NCBI GenBank assembly: GCA_964016885.1
Contig: OZ024766.1
Coordinates: 9,362,001-9,426,000, forward strand
DNA length: 64,000 nt
Direction of reading: 5' to 3'
Origin: Eledone cirrhosa
Taxonomy: Eukaryota
Below the pieces are notes generated by a model. The model worked only from the letters and a program-made list of their open reading frames with translations, searched no databases and was not told the origin of the DNA. Shown here one piece after another: positions 53,693 to 64,000 of this stretch (within the stretch, counting starts at the first letter, position 1; every line of letters starts with the position of its first letter). A program made the position numbers and the translations under genes.

Positions 53693-53750
53693 TAAATATG
53701 GTTTTATAAATATAGTTTCCATTTATTTAATATCGTATATATATATATAT

Positions 53751-53898
53751 ATATTTATTAAAATAAGAGATTAAAGTTTAAGCAAAGAATCGCTGCTTTC
53801 ACCCTTAACGGGATGTTCTGGTTAGTTTCAGAAGATCCCGTTAAGGGTGAAAGCAGCGATTCTTTGCTTAAACTTTAATCTGTTATTTTAATAAATAT
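53751..53898. repeat. Fold-back inverted repeat (~69-bp arms) with variant hammerhead-like motif
   Basis: AGTTT-CAGAAGA-TCCCgttaaGGGT-GAA-AGCA...TGCT-T-AAACT; core has A at position 4. Confidence 0.6.
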
Positions 53899-53984
53899 TT
53901 GCTCTACGGTTCTTATATATTTGATATATATTTATCCTTATCGAGCCCTCTTTGGATTTTAGTCTTCAAATTTATTATTATTAC

Positions 53985-54131
53985 TATAAGAGGAAGACCA
54001 AGGTTAACGTATGTTGATGCCCTAAGGACAGACACTGGTCTATTGAAGACGCAGGACATGGCAGCGATAATGAGGGACAGAGACCGCTGGAAAGAACTCG
54101 TCCATGGATCTCGGGAATTTTACCCGACTTA

Positions 54132-54132
<1 letters not shown>
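53985..54132 (+). mobile_element. RTE-type LINE extreme 3' fragment
   Basis: RGRPRLTYVDALRTDTGL...MRDRDRWKELV motif. Confidence 0.75.
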
Positions 54133-54173
<41 letters not shown>

Positions 54174-55189
54174 CGTTTCTGAATTGGCAACATGACCCTC
54201 CCAAATATATATTTCCTATATATATATATATATAGGAAAAGGTTCAGGACCCCTCTGCCGTCGGGGTCCTGAACCTTTTCCTATTACCCACTCTACTACC
54301 CAAAGTATCGAGTACTCTGGTGCGTTGTGGTCCACCGATGGTCAATCAATGTTAAACATTGATTGCCAAATAAATTAACTATGGAGATATAAAAGATACA
54401 GAAGCGAAAACCAAACCAAATAGTGAGTGGCAATATTGTAACAATATGACCCTCCCCAAGTATAACAACATACACGTTTATTATGAGAAAATATAACTTT
54501 AAAAGTTTGTATGCAGCGGGCTACAATGGGGCGCAATGATACCTTGCATGCTATTAGGCCTTTAGCATCTACTAAGTGAGACTTTGCACACATAATAAGG
54601 TATAAAGAAAAGAAACCCTTCTGCAAGTGGGATTATTTCAGAAACAAATCTATCAACCGATCAAAATTAAATATTTCCATAAAGAATAACAGACATAAAT
54701 GCATGCATTATTTATATTTGGTAGTATCCCATAAGAAAAAAAAAATACATCCTTGCGTAAAATAACTTTTTCTCTTCCCCGCCACCAACATCAATAGAAA
54801 TAACGATGCTGGAATGGCGCAGTGATACATACATCGACCTGAATTGTAAATCGGTCGGTTCCGTGTCGACCGAACGAGGCCGAAGCGGAATGTATGTGGG
54901 ATGGGATTTTTTTCATAAACATGTTTAAATAATCTGCTTCAGCAGATCAGATAAATTATTTAAGGAAAAAACCCGAAGAAAATTTTTTTTTAAATTATAC
55001 ATCCAACAAACAAAAAGCATGTGGGATAGTGCGGATTGATACATGTATATATAGAATATAGTTCTACGATAACGATCCATACAGATATATTTTTAAAGTA
55101 ATCAATAATTATAATTTATATATATATAGAATTTTTAAACAAAAATTAATTCAGTTTTTAATTCTAATCTATCAAAAACTATTTTTTAA

Positions 55190-55433
55190 TTAGCCGGTTG
55201 ATTAGTTTGACCTTTGGAGGTCAAAATGCTGGTAGGTCAGATGTCAAATTTGTTGAAGAAGAAAGCAAAACGAAAGTGAAGGGGGGCTTAGCTTCCGGGG
55301 GAAGATGGCTGTGTAAAGATTCGGAGCGAAAAAATTCGAAAGGATTTAAAAAAAATATATACAATATATATATACATAAATATAAATATATATTCAGCTT
55401 GATTTGAATTGATAAAAAGAAATCCTGGTAAGT
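55190..55433 (+). promoter_or_regulatory. Candidate promoter/non-coding first exon of a plus-strand gene extending beyond the window
   Basis: CTG|GTAAGT donor at 55428; ETS-like (cttccgg 55292, gcggaagt 55740), YY1-like aaaatggc (55491) and AGGTCA half-sites nearby. Confidence 0.35.
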
Positions 55434-56231
55434 ATATATATTTATATATACATATATATATATCTACATGGGTATTAATGTCTGTTTGTTAAAATGGCTA
55501 CCATGATGCCGTTGAGATTTCCTCAGCTTTTCAGAACTTTCGCCGTCGTTTTAAGGTGTTTATGGTGTTCTAGGGTAGAAAAGATCTGCTCAAAATTATC
55601 AGCCTGTGTATATTGTGTGATGTGGTGTTGTAATATTTGGTGTAATTAATATCGATCTGTTAATATTTGGGGTTAAATGTCGGTGGGTCTGTGTATGTAT
55701 CTGTATCTGGAGTGTTGTTTAGTTGATGCTGCGAGGGAAGCGGAAGTTGCAGAGATAATGTCGTTTTCCTGTTTCGAAGAAGAAAATATATATATATATA
55801 TAATATATATATTGTATGTATATATATATATGATGTGTGTGTATATATATATATATATGTGTGTGTGTAACTTCCGTTTAAATTTATTTTGTCTATCTAT
55901 CTGTAGATTATATCTCTCTCCGTGTGTGTATATATATGTATATATATATATATATGTATGTATATACAAGTATATGTATATATATGTGTATGTGTGTATA
56001 TATATATGTATTTGTATGTATATATATATATATATATGTATGTATATGCATCTGTATATATATGCATATGTGTATATATATATATATAATCATTTTAGGT
56101 CCGCTTTTCCCTGCTTGCATATATATATGTATATATATTGGCACCTCGTTTATATGTGTGTATACAAACATTCATACATATATATATGTAATATATATAT
56201 ATATATATATATATATGTAATCATGTTTAAC

Positions 56232-56435
56232 ATAGAAATGGCTTCTACAGGACTAGAACTGTTTCATTCGATCGATAGAAATCACCGGGAAAGTCCTGAG
56301 CTTTCCTTATGATTTCTCCCGAATGAAACAGTTCTAGTCCTGTAGAAGCCATTTCTATATTAAATATTTACACTATGCTTTGTATTGAGTACCTTACTTA
56401 CTGTGGTTACCCCCCGATTGAACCGGGGATAAACT
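56232..56435 (+). mobile_element. Penelope-like repeat (family of 52904) with fold-back; hammerhead core mutated (CTTATGA)
   Basis: Arms 56232-56284 / 56310-56358. Confidence 0.7.
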
Positions 56436-56484
56436 TATATATATATTGTGATCATAAGTCGAACTGCTTATAGGTCAGATGCCT

Positions 56485-56651
<167 letters not shown>

Positions 56652-56730
56652 CATATATATATATATATATGTATATCATATATATATATATATATATATA
56701 TCATATATATATATATATGATATAGAAATG

Positions 56731-56780
56731 GCTTCTACAGGACTAGAACTGTTTCATCCGAAGGAAATCATCAGGAAAGC
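56731..56780 (-). ncRNA. Type-I hammerhead ribozyme motif (intact core, 4-bp stem III)
   Basis: GCTTTC-CTGATGA-TTTCCttcGGAT-GAA-ACAGttctagtcCTGT-A-GAAGC. Confidence 0.78.
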
Positions 56781-57036
56781 ACACACATTATATATATATA
56801 TATAGAGAGAGAGAATTAGCCGTCGAAACGACTTGAGCTCAGCCGTCGGGGTCCTACTCGTTCCTATTACCCACTCTACTACCCTAAGTATTGAGTACTT
56901 TGGTGCGTTATGGTCCACCTGGTTCCTTACCACATTTCCTTCGTTATATATATATATATAGAGAGAGATCGTATGTATTTATATATATATATACAAATAC
57001 ATACATGTGTATGTCCATACATACTATATTTATATA

Positions 57037-57070
<34 letters not shown>

Positions 57071-57189
57071 GTATATATATATGTGTGTGTTAAGGTGTAA
57101 GTTAATTGCGTCTTTAGGCGGTATATGGGGTGAGCACTCGATGCTCTTGGGGAGCAGACTATCAATGGTATATATATATATATATATAT

Positions 57190-57297
57190 ATAATTGTTTC
57201 TACTTTTGGCACAAGGCCAGCAATTACCCAGTGTATTACTGGTACTTTATTTTATCAACCCCGTAAGGATGAAAGGCAAAGTCAACCTCGGCGGGAT
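57190..57297 (-). mobile_element. Nin-domain SINE 3' half
   Basis: Reverse complement of 57687-57793. Confidence 0.75.
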
Positions 57298-57611
57298 ATA
57301 TATAATTGTCAGCGATTAAATGTTTTAAACATAACTTTGATACTTGTGTAATCTATATATATATATATATATATGTATATATTTATATATATATATATAT
57401 ATGAATACATATGACTTAGTGGTAAGGCTGTTGGAGTGATACTCTGCTCTCCAAGAGCATCGAGTGCTCATCCCATATACCGCCTACGGACGCAATTAAC
57501 TTACAACTTAACACCTGGTATATATACATATATATATATAGCAGTAAATTACTGGGTTTCATATAATCGATATTTCCCCTTGTGTCGAAAAATATTAGCA
57601 AACATTATTTT

Positions 57612-57795
57612 GGATTGACAATATCGGTGGAGGGTCGGACGCCATGCTTTCCAGCATAGTTACGTCCCTTTACGATCTGAGTTCAAATCCCGCCGAGGTT
57701 GACTTTGCCTTTCATCCTTACGGGGTCGATAAAATAAAGTACCAGTAATGCACTGGGTAATTGCTGGCCTTGTGCCTAAAGTAGAAACAATTATT
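57612..57795 (+). mobile_element. Nin-domain tRNA SINE
   Basis: Homologous to 9262-9460. Confidence 0.78.
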
Positions 57796-58316
57796 TTTAT
57801 AGATCGATAAAATAAAGTACTAGTGAAGTATTGGAGTCGATTTAATCGATTTTTTTCCGTTACACACCCACCCTGTATGACTTTATTAGACACCTATTGT
57901 TATTGAACTTGTGTCTTGTAGGACAGGACGGATCCAGCTCTAAAAGGAGTCTTTTGTGAAGATCCCTTCCTCACTACCGCCCCCCTTTTAACGGGGAAAA
58001 GGTTGGTTGTTTTTATCTCTTGGAGAGGAGCAACACTATTCGTCTGTCAGGAGTTACAGGTCCTTATATGTAAATAAAGTACCAGCCTTGTACTGGGGTT
58101 GATTCTTCCTCTATATCCTTTACTAATCTCCTCTCTCCCTCTCTAAATGAGAGTCCCCGTCTAAATGCCACTGAAATCAACTTTGCCTTTCATCCAATAA
58201 AATTAATACCAGTCAAGTACTGGGGTCGATTCTTCTCTCTCTCTCTCTCTCTCTGGTGGTTAAGTTTGAAAGGGCCAAAGACAGATAAATTCCACTTCGG
58301 CCGAAAGAGTGACCAC

Positions 58317-58395
<79 letters not shown>

Positions 58396-58602
58396 GGACA
58401 TATCTGAAAGGACCAAAGATGGACTCATTCTTCTTTGGCCAGAAAGGATGACCAGTCATTTCTCTTCTGCCAGAAAGAGTGACCGGTTCCCCCTCTCTCT
58501 TTGTGGTGGATAAGTTTGAAAGGGTCAAAGACAGATAAATTCCTCCTTGGCCAGAAAAAGGAGCGACCAGTATTTGTTTGTCTCCCTCTCTCTGGGGGAT
58601 AA

Positions 58603-61600
58603 ATCTGGCAGGTTTTCTACGGCTGGATGCTCTTCCTAACACCAACCACATTAGTGTGGACTGGGAGCTTCTTACTGTGTTACCTACACTACCACATTAC
58701 AGCGTGGACTGGGAGCTTCTTACCCTGTTACCTACACTACCACATTACAGTGTGGACTGGGAGCTTCTTACCATGTTACCTACACTACCACATTACAGTG
58801 TGGACTGGGAGCTTCTTACCGTGTTACCTACACTACCACATTACAGTGTGGACTGGGAGCTTCTTACCGTGTTACCTACACTACCACATTACAGTGTGGA
58901 CTGGGAGCTTCTTACCGTGTTACCTACACTACCACATTACAGTGTGGACTGGGAGCTTCTTACCGTGTTACCTACACTACCACATTACAGTGTGGACTGG
59001 GAGCTTCTTACCGTGTTACCTACACTACCACATTACAGTGTGGACTGGGAGCTTCTTACCATGTTACCTACACTACCACATTACAGTGTGGACTGGGAGC
59101 TTCTTACTGTGTTACCTACACTACCACATTACAGTGTGGACTGGGAGCTTCTTACCGTGTTACCTACACTACCACATTACAGTGTGGACTGGGAGCTTCT
59201 TACCATGTTACCTCCACTACCACATTACAGTGTGGACTGGGAGCTTCTTACCGTGTTACCTACACTACCACATTACAGTGTGGACTGGGAGCTTCTTACC
59301 ATGTTACCTACACTACCACATTACAGTGTGGACTGGGAGCTTCTTACCGTGTTACCTACACTACCACATTACAGTGTGGACTGGGAGCTTCTTACCGTGT
59401 TACCTACACGGCCACATTACAGTGTGGACTGGGAGCTTCTTACTGTGTTACCTACACTACCACATTACAGTGTGGACTGGGAGCTTTTTACCGTGTTACC
59501 TACACTACCACATTACAGTGTGGACTGGGAGCTTCTTACCGTGTTACCTACACGGCCACATTACAGTGTGGACTGGGAGCTTCTTACCGTGTTACCTACA
59601 CTACCACATTACAGCGTGGACTGGGAGCTTTTTACCGTGTTACCTACACTACCACATTACAGTGTGGACTGGGAGCTTCTTACCGTGTTACCTACACGGC
59701 CACATTACAGTGTGGACTGGGAGCTTCTTACCGTGTTACCTACACGGCCACATTACAGTGTGGACTGGGAGCTTCTTACCGTGTTACCTACACTACCACA
59801 TTACAGTGTGGACTGGGAGCTTCTTACCGTGTTACCTACACTACCACATTACAGTGTGGACTGGGAGCTTCTTACCGTGTTACCTACACGGCCACATTAC
59901 AGTGTGGACTGGGAGCTTCTTACCGTGTTACCTACACTACCACATTACAGTGTGGACTGGGAGCTTCTTACCGTGTTACCTACACGGCCACATTACAGTG
60001 TGGACTGGGAGCTTCTTACCGTGTTACCTACACTACCACATTACAGTGTGGACTGGGAGCTTCTTACCGTGTTACCTACACTACCACATTACAGTGTGGA
60101 CTGGGAGCTTCTTACCGTGTTACCTACACTACCACATTACAGTGTGGACTGGGAGCTTCTTACCGTGTTACCTCCACTACCACATTACAGTGTGGACTGG
60201 GAGCTTCTTACCCTGTTACCTACACTACCACATTACAGTGTGGACTGGGAGCTTTTTACCGTGTTACCTACACTACCACATTACAGTGTGGACTGGGAGC
60301 TTCTTACCGTGTTACCTCCACTACCACATTACAGTGTGGACTGGGAGCTTCTTACCGTGTTACCTACACTACCACATTACAGTGTGGACTGGGAGCTTCT
60401 TACCGTGTTACCTACACTACCACATTACAGTGTGGACTGGGGGCTTCTTACCGTGTTACCTACACTACCACATTACAGTGTGGACTGGGAGCTTCTTACC
60501 GTGTTACCTACACTACCACATTACAGTGTGGACTGGGAGCTTCTTACCGTGTTACCTACACTACCACATTACAGTGTGGACTGGGAGCTTTTTACCGTGT
60601 TACCTACACTACCACATTACAGTGTGGACTGGGAGCTTCTTACCGTGTTACCTAAACTACCACATTACAGTGTGGACTGGGGGCTTCTTACCATGTTACC
60701 TACACTACCACATTACAGTGTGGACTGGGAGCTTCTTACCGTGTTACCTCCACTACCACATTACAGTGTGGACTGGGAGCTTCTTACCGTGTTACCTACA
60801 CTACCACATTACAGTGTGGACTGGGAGCTTCTTACCATGTTACCTACACTACCACATTACAGCGTGGACTGGGAGCTTCTTACCGTGTTACCTACACTAC
60901 CACATTACAGTGTGGACTGGGAGCTTCTTACCGTGTTACCTACACTACCACATTACAGTGTGGACTGGGAGCTTCTTACTGTGTTACCTACACTACCACA
61001 TTACAGTGTGGACTGGGAGCTTCTTACCGTGTTACCTACACTACCACATTACAGTGTGGACTGGGAGCTTCTTACCGTGTTACCTACACTACCACATTAC
61101 AGTGTGGACTGGGAGCTTCTTACCGTGTTACCTACACTACCACATTACAGTGTGGACTGGGAGCTTCTTACTGTGTTACCTACACTACCACATTACAGTG
61201 TGGACTGGGAGCTTCTTACCATGTTACCTACACTACCACATTACAGCGTGGACTGGGAGCTTCTTACCGTGTTACCTACACTACCACATTACAGTGTGGA
61301 CTGGGAGCTTCTTACCGTGTTACCTACACTACCACATTACAGTGTGGACTGGGAGCTTCTTACCGTGTTACCTACACTACCACATTACAGTGTGGACTGG
61401 GAGCTTCTTACCGTGTTACCTCCACTACCACATTACAGCGTGGACTGGGAGCTTCTTACCATGTTACCTACACTACCACATTACAGTGTGGACTGGGAGC
61501 TTCTTACCATGTTACCTACACTACCACATTACAGTGTGGACTAGGAGCTTCTTACCGTGTTACCTACACTACCACATTACAGTGTGGACTGGGAGCTTCT

Positions 61601-64000
61601 TACCGTGTTACCTACACTACCACATTACAGTGTGGACTGGGAGCTTCTTACCATGTTACCTACACTACCACATTACAGCGTGGACTGGGAGCTTCTTACC
61701 GTGTTACCTCCACTACCACATTACAGCGTGGACTGGGAGCTTCTTACCATGTTACCTACACTACCACATTACAGTGTGGACTGGGAGCTTCTTACCGTGT
61801 TACCTACACTACCACATTACAGCGTGGACTGGGAGCTTCTTACCGTGTTACCTCCACTACCACATTACAGCGTGGACTGGGAGCTTCTTACCATGTTACC
61901 TACACTACCACATTACAGTGTGGACTGGGAGCTTCTTACCATGTTACCTACACTACCACATTACAGCGTGGACTGGGAGCTTCTTACCGTGTTACCTCCA
62001 CTACCACATTACAGCGTGGACTGGGAGCTTCTTACCATGTTACCTACACTACCACATTACAGTGTGGACTGGGAGCTTCTTACCATGTTACCTACACTAC
62101 CACATTACAGCGTGGACTGGGAGCTTCTTACCGTGTTACCTCCACTACCACATTACAGCGTGGACTGGGAGCTTCTTACCATGTTACCTACACTACCACA
62201 TTACAGCGTGGACTGGGAGCTTCTTACCATGTTACCTACACTACCACATTACAGTGTGGACTGGGAGCTTCTTACCATGTTACCTACACTACCACATTAC
62301 AGTGTGGACTGGGAGCTTCTTACCATGTTACCTACACTACCACATTACAGTGTGGACTAGGAGCTTCTTACCGTGTTACCTACACTACCACATTACAGTG
62401 TGGACTGGGAGCTTCTTACCGTGTTACCTACACTACCACATTACAGTGTGGACTGGGAGCTTCTTACCGTGTTACCTACACTACCACATTACAGTGTGGA
62501 CTGGGAGCTTCTTACCGTGTTACCTACACTACCACATTACAGTGTGGACTGGGAGCTTCTTACCGTGTTACCTACACTACCACATTACAGCGTGGACTGG
62601 GAGCTTCTTACCATGTTACCTACACTACCACATTACAGTGTGGACTGGGAGCTTCTTACCGTGTTACCTACACTACCACATTACAGTGTGGACTGGGAGC
62701 TTCTTACCATGTTACCTACACTACCACATTACAGTGTGGACTGGGAGCTTCTTACTGTGTTACCTACACTACCACATTACAGTGTGGACTGGGAGCTTCT
62801 TACCGTGTTACCTACACTACCACATTACAGTGTGGACTGGGGGCTTCTTACCATGTTACCTACACTACCACATTACAGTGTGGACTGGGAGCTTCTTACC
62901 GTGTTACCTACACTACCACATTACAGTGTGGACTGGGAGCTTTTTACCGTGTTACCTACACTACCACATTACAGTGTGGACTGGGAGCTTCTTACCGTGT
63001 TACCTACACTACCACATTACAGTGTGGACTGGGGGCTTCTTACCATGTTACCTACACTACCACATTACAGTGTGGACTGGGAGCTTCTTACCGTGTTACC
63101 TACACTACCACATTACAGTGTGGACTGGGGGCTTCTTACCATGTTACCTACACTACCACATTACAGTGTGGACTGGGAGCTTCTTACCGTGTTACCTACA
63201 CTACCACATTACAGTGTGGACTGGGGGCTTCTTACCATGTTACCTACACTACCACATTACAGTGTGGACTGGGAGCTTCTTACCGTGTTACCTACACTAC
63301 CACATTACAGTGTGGACTGGCTTCTTACCATGTTACCTACACTACCACATTACAGTGTGGACTGGGAGCTTCTTACCGTGTTACCTACACTACCACATTA
63401 CAGTGTGGACTGGGAGCTACTTACCGTGTTACCTACACTACCACATTACAGTGTGGACTGGGAGCTTCTTACCGTGTTACCTACACTACCACATTACAGT
63501 GTGGACTGGGAGCTTCTTACCATGTTACCTACACTACCACATTACAGTGTGGACTGGGAGCTTTTTACCGTGTTACCTACACTACCACATTACAGTGTGG
63601 ACTGGGAGCTTCTTACCATGTTACCTACACTACCACATTACAGTGTGGACTGGGAGCTTCTTACCGTGTTACCTACACTACCACATTACAGTGTGGACTG
63701 GGAGCTACTTACCGTGTTACCTACACTACCACATTACAGTGTGGACTGGGAGCTTCTTACCATGTTACCTACACTACCACATTACAGTGTGGACTGGGAG
63801 CTTCTTACCGTGTTACCTACACTACCACATTACAGTGTGGACTGGGAGCTTCTTACCATGTTACCTACACTACCACATTACAGTGTGGACTGGGAGCTAC
63901 TTACCGTGTTACCTACACTACCACATTACAGTGTGGACTGGGAGCTTCTTACCATGTTACCTACACTACCACATTACAGTGTGGACTGGGAGCTTCTTAC
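58603..64000 (-). repeat. 48-bp minisatellite (>110 units, runs off window end) expanded inside a SINE remnant
   Basis: Unit agtgtggactgggagcttcttaccgtgttacctacactaccacattac begins directly after ttctacggctggatgctcttcctaacaccaaccac; reverse complement of the 47622-49107 unit. Confidence 0.95.

Noticed and set aside
58578-62360. 988-aa and 267-aa ORFs of SVDWELLTVLPTLPHY repeats
   Set aside because: 48-bp SINE-derived minisatellite with period divisible by 3; sporadic TAG variants at 61542 and 62358.

Overview
Eukaryotic, very repeat-rich DNA, most consistent with an octopod cephalopod: CORE-type and Nin-domain SINEs, RTE/CR1/Tx1 LINE debris, and huge (TA)n tracts. Two minus-strand protein-coding genes are supported. 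One is a TLNRD1/MESDC1 orthologue with two coding exons (33405/33459-31782 and 26639-26113), roughly doubled in length by homopolymer runs. The other is the first coding exon of an LRMDA/C10orf11-like LRR gene (2511-2390), which ends at a U12-type ATATCCTT donor. Most long ORFs in the track are artefacts of tandem repeats. Two non-obvious patterns stand out. (1) About a dozen intact or degenerate minimal type-I hammerhead ribozyme motifs lie in Penelope-like terminal-repeat fragments that mostly abut (TA)n tracts, often as fold-back inverted pairs, plus a 168-bp tandem array with one hammerhead-like motif per unit (retrozyme-like). (2) Many of the minisatellites are internal slices of LINEs/SINEs amplified in place, with the same slice amplified in more than one element copy. 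All assignments are by eye; no searches or folding were run.
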